From: Dicyema japonicum
Lineage: Eukaryota; Animalia; Dicyemida
Direction of reading: 5' to 3'
DNA length: 64,000 bases
Assembly: GCA_011109175.1 (NCBI GenBank)
Contig: RDEW01000002.1
Coordinates: 1,470,111-1,534,110 of the forward strand
This document shows positions 40,201-53,449 of the stretch, piece by piece. How positions within the stretch are numbered: position 1 is the first letter of the stretch; each line of letters begins with the position of its first letter. The position numbers and the translations under genes are program-made. The notes below the pieces were generated by a model. The model did not search any database. It was not told the origin of the DNA and saw only the letters and a list, made by a program, of their open reading frames with translations.

Positions 40201-40369
40201 AAACATTTTAAAATGGCATTAAAAGACGACGATCATCTAGACAGCCTCTGAAAAATCGCAACCTCGAGAGAGTGTGGAGGTTTCTAATAGACCTGATCAT
40301 TCGAGTGGTGGCACATGCGACGGAAGGATATAAATTTATTATTGCGAACGTGTTTCTGTCAAAATTGGC

Positions 40370-41260
40370 AAATATGCCTCCAACTTTTTTCCGACTTCAG
40401 GTGGAGGTCCACAGAGAGACTTGCTATCCCTGTCCTTTTTGTCGTCTACCTTGAAGCTTCACTAAGAGAGTCCAGGGCCCTGGTTGGAAACAAGTATGAC
40501 GAAATAATTTATGCGGAGGATCTGGACTATGTTTCTGAGGATACTCAAATAATTCAGCACATGCTCAGCGTACTCCCACACATATTTTCGAAATGGTTCT
40601 TATCCGTAAATCCCGACAAAATGGAGTTTACAGCGTTTACATATAATGACGAGTCATGGAGAAGGAAAAAGAAGGCTGGATCGCTTCTAGGAGACTCTGA
40701 AGATGTTACTCGTAGGAAGATCCTTGCTATGAGTGCACTGATAAAAATATCGTCAATATGGAGCCACAAGAAGAGGATAGGTTTAAACACCAGGCTTAGA
40801 ATATACAAAGCTTTTGTCATCCCAGTACTAACCTACAACTCTAGGATTTGGGGAATCTCTAATCGGGAAATGGACTCCTTCCACAGAGCTCAGCTCAAAT
40901 CGGTAATCAAGATCAACTGGCCTATGAAGATCTCTAATGCATACCTTTATAATAAATGCAAATCTGGCCTGCTGTCACATGATATTTCAAATCAGGATGG
41001 AGTCTCTTTGGCCACGTGTTACGTCTAAATGACCAGGTCCCCGCAAATGTCGCAACGGACAATTACTTCGCACACACAGGAGTCGGATTCCATGGAAGAT
41101 CAAGAACGAAACTTCCGACTATCTTAAATGAAGACCTATCGGCGGTTGGTATGAGACTAACTTCGGCGGACGACCTGAACGACCTAAGAGAACTAGCGCG
41201 CAACAGAGGATCACAGTCGAGGCTGACTGAGAGGATGATTCGGAATACAACATAAGGGAG
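40370..41260 (+). mobile_element. RTE-clade LINE 3' half
   Basis: VVYLEASLR, IYAEDLD, WFLSVNPDKME, RLRIYKAFVIPVLTYN, FGHVLRL, GRSRTKLP, LRELARNR. Confidence 0.88.
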
Positions 41261-41559
41261 AGTTAATTAACTTTATGTTTTCTCCGGAGAGCTTTTAATA
41301 ATAATTGCTACCTAGTCGGTCAAACTATTAGTTGCTGCTCTGCCTTATTCATTAGATTGCGGAAGATCAAGGGTAACCTTGTCGGTTGTCCTAAGAAATG
41401 AACTGAAAAGGGATTGAAATCCGCAAATGACCTATTCTTATTGAGGTCGCTATCCTCTCGTCTCTTTTGGGGGAACGTAGAAATTGCTTAATATATCCCT
41501 TACAAGGCATACTTTGTTGAATAATTCCTAAAACTTACACTTTCTTGGAGCCCACCGGC

Positions 41560-41790
41560 CAGGACCCTGATAGGCCGAGTTAGAAAGACTTTACATATAT
41601 CAACTCCCTGTTCCCTATTAACATCATCTAGGGTGCAGTAAAGACACTATCTGTTGTAAGAAAGCCAAGAAGGTTAATGAGAAGAAATACGAAGGGCGCA
41701 ACTTTTTTGAGACAACTGGAACAATAAGTAGAAACTCTGTCCTTCTTAAACAGTCTGGGACGTCTGACCCCACTTAGAAGCTATAAGTAA
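41560..41790 (+). mobile_element. CRE-clade remnant
   Basis: NSLFPINI...NEKKYE...ETTGTIS...LNSLGRL, homologous to 1740-1950. Confidence 0.55.
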
Positions 41791-42112
41791 AAAATCCAAC
41801 GATCTTATACATTTTGAGTAATCACAAGTAATTTTTGAAATCAAATAAACTTTTTCCAATTGTGAGTGCTGGCGCCGAGATCTCTTAGAGATAGGAAAAT
41901 ATAAATAGAATTCCGATCTTCCCCCTCAACAAATCTCTGGAAACCATGATGAAAATCTTCCACCTAAGAATTAAGTAATGTCCGCGACGGTAGGCAGTTG
42001 TGTTGGGGTTACCAAAGATTCTAAGTATGGGGTTAATAAATATAATCGGCGACCACCAAAAAATGAAGACAAAATGATTTTTATATTAAAATACAGTTAG
42101 TGAGTTAATATA

Positions 42113-45100
42113 TTACTTATTTGGGTTGTACAAGTCCTTGATTTTCTCAATACAAGTACTCCAGTACATTGACCACTTATTCCTGTCACTTTTCATGTCC
42201 TCATGGTCTTTATCGACTTCTTCCAATAATCTATTCATAATATTTGCTCTCTAAGAATCACAGACTTGGACATACATCCCCAATCTCACACGCAATCTGC
42301 CGTACCTTTCTCTGAGCAAAATTGTTCCCCCCGTTTTCCTGAGATTCGAACTTTTCCACCATCAGGGAGCTAAACCTTCTATTTTTCGAGTCCGTGGATT
42401 TCCTTATTTTACTCAGATCGTCTTTAATGACGAATAATCGTCATATTCGGTTGACTGTTGACGACTCACCTTTTCGGTTCCCTGGGACCAGTAGAGGAGT
42501 GCCTCAATGGGTTTCCTCTCAGGGGGAAGATCTAACAGTGAGTCTCTCACAAAACCGTCAAAAATGATCTCTTCCTCAGTGATCAAGTCCCCGAAACTGT
42601 TTACGTAGAAGGCAGACAAAGATAAAAAGCTGTCCACAAATTGTTCGGTCACGGAAGCATATGACTTCGTGGGCCTTTACTTTGGCATCCTTAGCAAAGC
42701 TTTGAAGTTCAACAAAGATTTCTTTCTGATGAAGGTCCTCACTCTCAAGCAGACTGTTCAACTTTTCCCGTTGACAAGGATGTCCCAGAATCGGGAAGAG
42801 CTTTCTGTCATAAGATTTCTGTTTTAAGCAACCAAAGAACTTTGTGGAGGTCGAATCTCCCCCAAATCTGTTTGAACTTGTCTTTGTACCCATTTTGCAA
42901 GGTCACCATTGATTCAGAGTACAATTTGGTCATTTGGTCAAAGTCAGACTCAGTAAAATCAACCGAGTACTGCATCAGCTTACGCACGTGGTTGCCATAT
43001 TCTGGATTACGACCAACAGTACCGTTCACACAATTTCGCTGATAAAGGGTTACCTGCTGTAGGAAATTCTCAAGCCTAGTCACCACGGAATTTGAGCTCT
43101 CCTCCAAGTTTTCATTCCCGTCTGCCAGTATCCTCGACTTTGGCTTCCCACTTTTAATTTTGAAGAATGTCTCCCTTTAAATGTCCACGATTACCTCAAT
43201 TTTAGAGGTCAACAGTTGAATGGTGTTATGCAGGATCAGTTTGTTCCTTAACATGAAGTTTTGAGGACCGCTTGGGGGAATCTCAAACTGCTTGAGTCTC
43301 ATCTTCAACTTTTCCCGCTTCGTCATTGTCTTTGTATAAGCACTACAGTCATCCAAGTGTAGTAACCTGAAGAGATCCGATCCCCGACTGGTCGTATCCC
43401 ACTGATCCCTCTTTGAACTCTCTGGAATAAGTCAGAGTAAACCTGTTCTAAGGGGGACTACTGGGAAAACCAGATCAGTGTTGCTAAGAGTTAGGAACCC
43501 TGGCACTTTAAGACTGGACGACTTATTTTGTTTGCATCCTCGTTTTTGGCAGTCCGAATATGACTTCGTGCGGACAATTCAGAGATCATGTTCATTTGTA
43601 AGTCGATACCTTGAGAGTACTTTAGACACTGTAGGTCTTCAGCACGTGCTTTGAACTCCTCAAATATTGGACTCATCTGGTCCTTCACTTCTTCTAATGT
43701 TACTTTCTGCATATTTGCACGTGATTATCAACCTTTTTGTCGTAGTGGGGGAAGCGAGAGTACTCCACAGCATTTTTCATGTTTTCGAGAAATTCGAACA
43801 GCATTTTTGCCTTTCCGTTGCTTTTTGCCGCTTCAGACTTGATTTTGATTTGGCAGTTGGTTAGAATGTTGCCAATTTCCTTCAGGAAGGTGACGTCCCT
43901 CACGTGTTCCTGTTAGCTAAGTTTCAAAGCCTAACCGCCAGCAGATGTTGGCACTCCGAGCATATTTTGGTGTACTGAGTGATCTTCTTAGACTCAGATG
44001 ACTCCAACTGCTCGATAAGGGAGAGTTCAGTGGAGTCAATCTCCTGGGAAACCTTCTGTACCTGAATCCTGTAAAGGGAGACCTCTCCTGTGCTGTAAGT
44101 GCCTCCATCACATATCAATCTACACGTGGTTTGGATGAGATTAACTTGAAAGACTTGACTAATTCAAAGATCTTCTCCCTGTTTTCCCTCATCAAACCTT
44201 CTAAAACAGTCCTGAAATTCCTGTAGGACGCCTTGATCTCCAGACCGCAGTTCTCCATCTCACTTTCATAGTGTGTCCTCACTTTTACGAACCTATCCAT
44301 GGAATGACCTCTCTACTTGGACATGTGATAGGTCTCATCTAGGATTCCTTCCAATCTTGAGATCTGCTCGTAGAGATCAGCTATTTTCGCAGACTGGGAT
44401 TGTTCTAGCATGAAAAGTTCATCCCCCATTTCCTTAAGCCTCCTTCTGACCTCTCCGAGAGACTTGTCAATGCCTCCATAGTGACTGACCAATTGATCTG
44501 CCCCTCATAATAATCAGGGACCTATTCTAAATTTGTAGATGTCGATTTCTATCCTCTTCTTCCGTGGTTTGAGCAAATTCAGCTTTATTTGAAGCTCAGA
44601 CTTGACATCCTCACTCTTTACATCAAAAAATCCAGAAAACCTTAAATTCCACAATGTCACGTGTCTTTTCTTCTATTTGGACCTTCCACCTGACGTACCT
44701 CTCATCAAATATATATTCGATGCTGCAAAGTCACCGAAACCTTACCTTTTGACGACATTTTCGAAGAAATCCTCAGAAATCGACAAACTGTCCTCAAACA
44801 GATCGAAGACATGCCGTTTCGGACTTCTCGGCGAGGTCCCCGGCTTTTTTGCCTGTTTGACCACCTACCGACTAACTCTGAGTTTCAAAGTACCGGATAA
44901 CTGGAGAAATACTTATCATGTGACTTTTTGATCTCCACAAGTATGGAGTCAATGATGTGAGGGTACGAATTGAGGAAGCTGATCTGACTTTTGGCAAATT
45001 CATCATAACTGCCAGTCTCCACCACTAAAACCTGGTTCTGATCTTTTCCAAGCATTCCGTGACTCCCTCATAGTTCTCCCTCAACTGGTCCTCCGTCCAG

Positions 45101-46857
45101 TTCTGCCGCATGTCCTCGATGTACTGGGAGATCCGTTTTTCGATATTCTCCACTTAGAATGCAGTCTACCTCCAAATAGTCCTTGTTTTCCTTAATGTCC
45201 ACCAATATTTTTCTGTTCATCTCCTCGAATGACAAATTGAGTGTCCTCTCGTTGTTTTTGGACAGTTTTAGTGCTTTTTCGACAAAGACGTAGTTCTCCA
45301 GTATTTTTTTGTTGATGTTCTTCTGGAATGTTCGAAGTTTTTTCTATTTGTGGGGGACCAACCATCAGCAAAGTGGAGTCAGAATTCATTAAATTTGTCT
45401 TCTTTTTCAGAATCCCCATAAAATTTTCGAAAAACTCTTCAATCTTGGCCTCATCGTCCTCAGTCTCGAAGACTTCCCTCAGCGAGATCTGAGATATTCA
45501 CTGAAAATACCATAAAAGTGCTCTTTTGGTCCTTCAATTCCTGTATTTTTGCGAGTTTTAGATCAGTCATGTCCTCCTTTAAAGAATTTACGAGATTTTC
45601 TAGGTTAATCACCCCCAAACCATTCTCGGCTTCGATTTCCGGGAGATTTCCGTGAATCTCTCCCAAATAGATGTCCAGCTGCTCAAATTCCAACGACCTG
45701 CCATAAAATTAGCCAAAACTTGAATTTTTCGAACAAAATTTTGACTTTTTGTTTGATTTCGATAAATCTGGCGACATAAGAGTCTAAACATTCCTCGAAA
45801 ATTTCATAAATGTTGCAGGAAACACCGTCCACGTGGGTTCTATGGGTTGATAATGAGGAGTAAGTCACATGAATCGATTAATAGCCTCTTCCATGTTTTC
45901 ATTCCGCAGATTGACCTTCACCAAAGTCCACTTCTCCGAGAGAATGAACTCGTTCTCAATGTCCCGGGCTCTCAGGGACTTTACGAGGTCAGCGTATTTG
46001 CCGTAGTTGGCCACAACGGAGTAGTTGAACATCTAAAATCACGGATTATGGAGTACCAGGGACTCTTTGTCCAAAATATCGTCAATTTCCTTGGGAAGGA
46101 GGTGGGCAATATCAACGAGACTGTTTCTGGTCACCTCCACGAGTTCGACCATCTGAAATATACAACCGGGACCACGCTATCAAGTCTTGTCTTCTCGATA
46201 TCCTTCAACCCTCTGTAGTAGGACTGAAGATCTTCTCTTTTCTTCTCATAGAGGTCGGTAAATTCCTGTCTCGTGTTCTGGAGCTGTTCGTATTTGATCT
46301 CCCCAATCTACCTAAGTCCTTGTGCATACATTTTCCAGATTATCAGAGATTCTGTCTATTTTAGTCTGCCATCTATTCAGTCTGGAGTTCATCTCCAAGC
46401 ACAGTCCTTCAACTTGGGAGTAAATTTTCTGAAAATACTAGAAAACCGTACATTTTGGATTTCCAGTGATCTTCTTTGATATTCTTCGAGCGTATTTTCG
46501 TGTCTGAAACATTAGAAATGCCAACCTGTGGGCCTTATTCTCCATATATCTCCTAATGTACTTGGAAGACTGCACACGTGGCTCAACTAAAGTAATAAAA
46601 TTTCAGTTACGGCTTATATCAGAGAGTTTTCTCACTAATTCGATATTTTGACGTCTTTCAAGGTCCTCAGTAAGGGACTCGGCCAGGTTGCTCCTTGGAG
46701 TTTTGTCAGGGACAACATATTTAGGCTCAGAATTCTTATTTTTGTATAAATTTAGGGATTTGACCAGATTTGTCTCCCATAAGACAGATATTACCTGTGC
46801 TATGAATAGGGGACGGTAGACACTTTGTTTGGCGTCCATTTGGATGTTTATTTCCAT
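42113..46857 (-). CDS. CCDC180: CCDC180/CFAP76-like coiled-coil ciliary protein (DUF4455/DUF4456 type) with many 19-29 nt introns
   Basis: SVYRPLFIAQV resembles human KAYQQIFQAEV. LVDIAHLLPKEIDDILDKESLMFNYSVVANYGKYADL resembles [37 protein letters not shown]. Ends WSMYWSTCIEKIKDLY. I checked the 5' half exon by exon and the rest only partly. The start may be ATG 46839. Confidence 0.8.
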
Positions 46858-46863
46858 GGAAAT
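46850..46863. promoter_or_regulatory. Palindromic X-box-like motif ATTTCCATGGAAAT overlapping the first ATG of CCDC180
   Basis: Perfect 14-bp palindrome, 12/14 identical to the canonical GTTTCCATGGAAAC. Confidence 0.55.
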
Positions 46864-47589
46864 GGTATATTTTGTATAAATTTATTTTATTTATTAAAAT
46901 TATAATAAATATTATAGAAATTTAATTTTTAAAAATAAAATTTAACGAGATCAGGAGACGGGTACTACAACGAAAAGGATGGAGAAGACTAACTGAAAGG
47001 ATCTTCGAAAAACATGGCACAAGCGAAACCATAAACAGTGTTTACCGGTAACGCTGATGTGCTTTAACTAACTTAACGAGATCTTTCGGCATTTTAACAC
47101 TGGATTTTATCGAACTCTTTTTACTCAGTGACCAGTCCTAAAACCTGATTTGATCCCCAAAATATTGACCGGTAAATTCATCACATAACAAACTTTTGAC
47201 CAAATTATTTATTTACTCCCGGTTCCTTCAAGTTACTGAAACCGTGGAAATAACTACCAAAAGCGGAGTTCATCATAAATCCGAAAGATTATCTGTTGCG
47301 GTGAGAAATTGAAGGCGGATCAAGACAAGAGGTCGTCTCTGACTTCTTACTTAATGAACAATAAAGTAGCAATAAATATTTTGCTAATTTCTAAAATGAT
47401 AAATTATTGTCGATGCCTCTTAAATAGTCAAGAATTTTTCGATTGTCCAAGTCATTCACTGAATTTTCAAAGCAAAATGTATTTTTTTCATTGTGTAGGA
47501 TTTTCTCTACCAACAAAATACTGTTCAAGCCTTGTTTCTTGCTTGTTCTTCAAAACGTTGATAAACTTCTAAATAGTAGGATGACATGC

Positions 47590-48050
47590 TCCAATTAAAG
47601 AATGATGCCATCCATCACATGAGTTACTTGTTCTACGCCAACAACTCTCGCTGCATCAAAGCAATTCCACAATTCACGGGCAAGCGTGAACAAAGAAGTA
47701 CTTGACGGGGGGTCGGGACGCCCTATCTGGGTATCGTCTACATAAGGCTGAGCCCTTGGGAAATCGTAGCAATCCCAAAAATGTTCAAAATAATGAACAA
47801 CTGCAGAAACACGTGCATTTAAAGAAAATTTAAAATCTGTCTTCTCTGTCATTTAATTATCAAGTCGCTGGTAGTCGGACATAAACTTCAATACAAACTT
47901 AAGTTGTAACAAGAGGCGCATGCTCAATGCATGGCTCAATGTACCGTTTGTAGATAGTTTAAAGGATAGGGTACTTTCCAACCTTCCATAAGCCCGAGAG
48001 ACTTTCAGTACGATAGTCTTCTTTTCGACATGAGACGTGAAGCACACGTG
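47590..48050 (-). mobile_element. Possible CR1/L2-like LINE 3' remnant
   Basis: FTSHV...VSRAYGRL and LFTLARELWNCF resemble CR1/L2 C-terminal motifs; weak. Confidence 0.35.
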
Positions 48051-48939
48051 GGATCAAAATTCACCCCTTTAAGATTACTAATAGGATTATGACGTTGTTT
48101 ACTTTTAATTCAACTGTCCGTCTTCCCAGTCCTTCGTCTGATGCAAACCAGTCTTTAAAACGATCAAGGTTTTGTTAAAATCTTGAAGTACCTGGATGCG
48201 CCTTTTCTTGTGATTCAAAAGTTATTTTCATCTCACGAGTAATTCCCTCGGATTCAACGTGGCAGCATCACCAGCATGAATGTACTCAATTATACTCGTT
48301 TTCACTATTTTCCTTATTTATATCACTCAGTACAAACTGGGGAGCCATGCTGTTGAGATTTCATTAATTTAACTAAGGACACTTTATAGACAAATTGTCT
48401 TAACAACATAAATCTCATATCGAAGTTCACGTAGATTTTGTAAATGTATTTATAGTCAAGTTCTCGTGATTGAGAGACATTCCCTCACGATTAATACGGA
48501 AAAGTGACCAATCATCCCTCCATCTCAGCTATTTCTTATTTTATTTGGTATCAAGGATCCGATGGCACGTAGTAAGAGAAGCTAATTGTGTTCTATACCC
48601 CCGATGTTTGGATGCTACGATCTTGAAGACGAATTGATTTCCTAAGGTCGGGTATTTTTCAAGGGTTTCGTTTCTCACTGAGGCCGATCTCGGGTGAATA
48701 GCTGTCAGCGTGAGGTCAAAAACGAAGAGCCACCAACACAAGTAACCTTCCAAGCCAGGTATTTTCACCCTTCCACGGAAAACTTTATCAAATTAATTCT
48801 GAGTAAAATTAAGGACATATTAACCGCATGATTGCAAACCGGTTAACAGTTAAAAGAAACACATTTACATATTTATGATAATTTTCGGTCAATTTCATTA
48901 TGAAAAAACAGAACTTCCACGATTTGTAGGGAAATGAGC

Positions 48940-49145
48940 TCGAATCAGCCTCGCGATAGACGATCAGATGCAATTCAACAGGGTTAGTGAGCTACTCTCA
49001 ATGATCCCAGAGATTTCGACTGAGACCGATTCAAAAATAAATTGTCCTCCAAGACTTTCGGATTGAAGTGTGGCGTCAAAATTATATAAATTCAACATGA
49101 TTAACCGAGAAATCTCTCTTGTCGGCCTGGGATCACTTAGTTAAG
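48940..49145 (+). mobile_element. I/Jockey-like LINE 3' tail
   Basis: Ends ...PGIT* (GGGATCACTTAGTTA), like the other copies of this family. Confidence 0.5.
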
Positions 49146-49535
49146 AACTTTTATTTTTTTCTTTGACCCAGTGATCCTTGAGTAATAATAATGAATAGTT
49201 TCCTCAGATCTCTCAGAGCCACTTCAAGATAGAAAATGAATAGCATAGGTAAGATTGTGTCCTTTTGAGATGTTCAAAAAGTTACTCTAGAGATCTTGGA
49301 TTGATCCAATCTTCACAATCAACTCGGCCTTCGGAAGCAACACACGAGACGATGCTGATAATAATCGGGGACATAAGCCCAAGCGTGATTATTATCAATG
49401 AAAGATAAACTTTCTAACGTTTCATTAAACAAAATCGATTATATTTAATTTACCGGAAGGTATGCCAAAATACGAACTTTACGATATTTAAGCACAAGCA
49501 CGTGCTTTTCTATTATGTGGCGACGATAGTAGCTA

Positions 49536-52421
49536 ATGACAAAATATTTAAAGTAGGCTGTTATTCTGACTTTAAGCCGCCAGGACATAATAAACGCTAA
49601 GAAGGAAATCCGCAAAAGGCTGACTGAATATGTGAATAATTCCCATAACAACAAACAAGACAACCTACAAGACTTTACTAAACGGACAAACCACGTGGAC
49701 GTTATAAAACCAAATATTAAAGGAAAGATCATCAAAAAGAACATAACCATGAAGAATTTCCGACTGGGAGTTAAAATTAAATATAAAATAATCGATCACG
49801 TGGACTTCCCAGTAGTCTTGAGTACTTCCAAGACATCTCCCCTCAGGGATATAGTTCAGCCAAATGACATTCTTCTACAAGTTTGTTTTTGAGCGAATAG
49901 ATCAATCATATGAATTATGTGAAGTCCCACTGCATCGAATAGTCTTAAAACTAAGCGTCCTTTCAAAACCGAGGACTGTTGAAGTCATCACTTTTAGGTT
50001 TACCTTTAAAATAACCTCCAAAGGCCGGAACAAGTCGCTATCTTCACGTGGTGTCTACCATTAGTATTACTTTACCTTACCTTAGAAGGAGAGAGTGAAT
50101 CACCTACTGACCCGAGATCAAATGAGACAACAAAATGAAAGATTGGGTGTCGAATCAGATCAGAGGGTCTCTGGAAACAATTCACCTAAGGACATTCATG
50201 CCATAAAGAGGATCCCTTCACTAAAAAAGGCTCAAGAAAACAATCATTTGAATAAGGCAGTCATATGGCTCAAAATAGATTGATGATGCGAATAAGAAAG
50301 AGATTCAGATGCCGAAAATAGTCCAAGAATCCACTTTGAGGTGAATTTAATAAATATACCTGAGGCTAGTGGGGGATGGGGTTGGAAATAAGATAAATCA
50401 GAATTTGATTGACCACAATTTGTAACTATACTTTGGTAGGAATTGTAGATCCCAAAATTTATTCAATAAAGCTAGGAAACCGTCCGGAAGATCGGAGAGT
50501 TGGTATAAGAGGTAAGAATATAATATTTGAAGTTAAGAAAGAGGTCGAGTTTGGATTTCTCGCAAACTAAAATGAAGTCAATTCTGAAGAAGAGGGATTC
50601 ACAAAATAGACTGGAATCCGATATAAAGTACAATTTATACTTTTAGCGATCAGTAAACGGAAGATAAAGTGGAATTTGGACAGCATACAAAAGGATGTGG
50701 GGGAACCAACTTCCGACGTGGGGGGAAAACTAAAGCAGGCAAAGTATGAATTGTTATAAAAAATAGGAAATTAGCTGATAATGAAAAGAAAAGATGGATG
50801 TCAGAGAAAACATTGGGGGAGCAAATAAAGTTCCCGGCTATAAATGGAGAGTTGGTGGAAGGAAATATTATTCTAAACGACAATATTTTGGGGATGAAAA
50901 TAAAGACTACCGTAGTAAAGAACGACGACTTTAAAGTTGTCGGAAACATAAACAGAAACTCTTCGTTTAGAAGCCTGTTGTTGCCCAATGACTACTTGCT
51001 CATGGTAGTAAGCTAATATATACGAGATTGACGATCTGAGAATTAATGAAATGCCTAAACATAGATTTCTGTATCGTTTAACCAAGATTACCAAGCCTGC
51101 CAAAGTCAGAGTGGTCGTCTTGCGGTACAACATCATTTTACGTTATAAGACCCAGGGAAGAACTCTTGGTGGGACAAGAAATGGAAGATTATGACAGCTT
51201 GAAAACTAGGAGTAACAAAGATCAGCGGAAAGTTACTTTGCATACTCCAAAAACAAGGTTTTTTAGAAGATCAAGAGATAACTTCACGGAGAACTGACGA
51301 AATCAAGGGATTACTAAAAGTGTTCTAACGACTGGATTACATGCAGCAACCAAAAAGACCACTACAAATTCAGTAGACAGTGAATTTGATGATATTTTTG
51401 ACGAAAACCCTTCATATAAAAATACCAAAGAGATCACTCTAAATTCTGTAGACAGTGAATTTGATGATATTTTTGACGAAAACCCTTCATATAAAGAGAC
51501 CAAAGAGATCACTCCAAATTCTGTAGACAGTGAATTTGATGACATTTTTGATGAAACCTTCATATAAAGAAACCAAGGGATAACTACAAATCTAAAGAAA
51601 GTGACTCTGACGACATTGTTGATGGAAACCTTTCATATCAAGAGACCAAACGGATTACCCAAAATTCATTAGACAAGTGAATTTGATGATATTTTTGATG
51701 AAAGCCCTTCATGTCAGGATACCAAAGAGATAACTACAAAATCTTTAGAAAGTGACTCTGACGACATTGTGGATGGAAACCCTTCATATAAAAATACCAA
51801 AGAGATCACTCCAAATTCTGTAGACAGTGAATTAGAAGATAAAATCAGTGGAGCCGCATCAAGCACTCAACAGATTGGTGACCTCAGGAATATTCGGAAG
51901 AAAGAAAAAACCAGCACTTCAAATGATTTGACAAATGAGGAAGTATCCGTCGTCGACCAAGAAGAGGACGTAGTCTATTCAGAAATAAGCAATAGAACAC
52001 AAATTATTGAGTAAAATAGTATGATTTAATAAAAAGCGACAATTCTAATGGAAAAATCAACCAAGACCACGCCACTAAAGAAAAAAGAGGTTTAGTCGAT
52101 GAGAAATACGTGGAAATTAACAGAGACCCAAATAATGGGTTAGATATGTGCATTTCAGTTGATAAAGTGACCAAGGACGTGTACATCTCATCAATAGTAG
52201 CTTGTTTGTTAACAACAGATGAATAACTCCAAGTATTCTGAGGTATTTATGATAAACGATATAATACTTTCTGTGAATGATGAGACATTTAATGGACTGA
52301 GTCTCTGTGAAGCTTCGAGGAGGATCAAAGTTTAATAAATATAACATTAAAGTCTATGTCTGGGCTCATTAAAATTACATATGCCCGAGTCAGAGAGAAC
52401 CCACAAAACGAAGGGATATAA
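49536..52421 (+). CDS. Three-PDZ scaffold protein with an internal acidic 25-aa tandem repeat; several apparent 1-2 nt indels
   Basis: PDZ1 RLGVKIK...SPLRDIVQPNDILLQ; PDZ2 ILGMKIK...SSFRSLLLPNDYLLM; PDZ3 NGLDMCIS...VYISSI...INDIILSVND...ASRRIK. GT-AG introns of 19-26 nt. Linker exons between the PDZs are not fully resolved. Confidence 0.65.
51351..51835 (+). repeat. 75-bp coding tandem repeat, about 6.5 units, two variants
   Basis: Unit starts at 51366, 51441 and 51516 (75 bp apart). Variant A is DSEFDDIFDENPSYK.TKEIT.NSV and variant B is ESDSDDIVDGNPSY..TK.IT; order A-A-A-B-A-B-A(partial). Confidence 0.95.
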
Positions 52422-52499
52422 TTTAAATTTATTTCATAAATATTAATTAATTCAATAATGTATTTTATTATTAAAAATATTAACATTTCTTTAGTGTCA

Positions 52500-53370
52500 T
52501 TACAGAGCGGGCGTTTCACCGCCTCAAACTTGATAGTATCTGGTCTCTTACAAATTAGTGAGGTCGTGGTTCTTCACTGACTAGTTCTTTACCTAGTGTT
52601 TTTAGAGAAGAGACACTTGGATTAAGAAAGTAATATAGTGGGTAGTACTGTCGCTCATATTTAACTGTGGGTTTAATTACAACATCACTAAGGATCCCTA
52701 TCTTCCCTACTCTAGTGGAGGGGTTTCCATAACTTTTTTCAGAGGACCCTTATTTTTTTACATGAAGGGATTCGGATACTTATAATGTGCAACATGAAAC
52801 TTCGCATAAATAGTTTTTACAATTGTAAGGACATCCCTTTCTACACAACCAATCTTGTAAAGGAACCTTGTTATGTGAAAAGAGGAACTTTTTTCCTTGA
52901 GTAATCTATCAAAGAAATCGGAACGGTAGCTTGGTGCTCGTCCCGTAGCCACTACCAAGCGACTATACCAAGCCCCACCTTCTCTATTGCCCTGGTCTGC
53001 CTTCGATTTCTCCGCCTCATCAGATAAATATGACTGATCTATGGGAGTTTCCGCTTTTGGTCGTTACTTTTATGTTAACCACCGGTTTCTCTCACTTTAT
53101 GAGACTGGGGGTGAATAAGCACTATATTTGTTAAGTCATAGTCTAAGTTACTATTGGCATGACTTCCACACAAGCAGACAGATATTCAACTATCAGCTAT
53201 ACACTATTGAAACTAGAAATGCCTTGGTGTTGTTTCAAAATCCATAATTTTAGCGCCTGCGACAGATCAAAGACCTGACAGCCATGGTCCCTCTGTAAAC
53301 TCAAATTCCCCGTTGTAACCACCGTAAGTCAGTACTTAAATGCCGACAATTAGCAAGGTGGTCATATAGA
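52500..53370 (-). CDS. Possible uncharacterised gene with a TGF-beta-propeptide-like stretch
   Basis: GCQVFDLSQALKLWILK and a polybasic RRRNRRQTR. A cysteine-knot mature domain could not be reconstructed. Confidence 0.2.
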
Positions 53371-53449
53371 GTCAACTAATTCCAATAATTACGCTTTAAT
53401 AAGGAGTAACAACTATTAGCTTTAATTTAAGACAGTTTTTAGAAAACAC

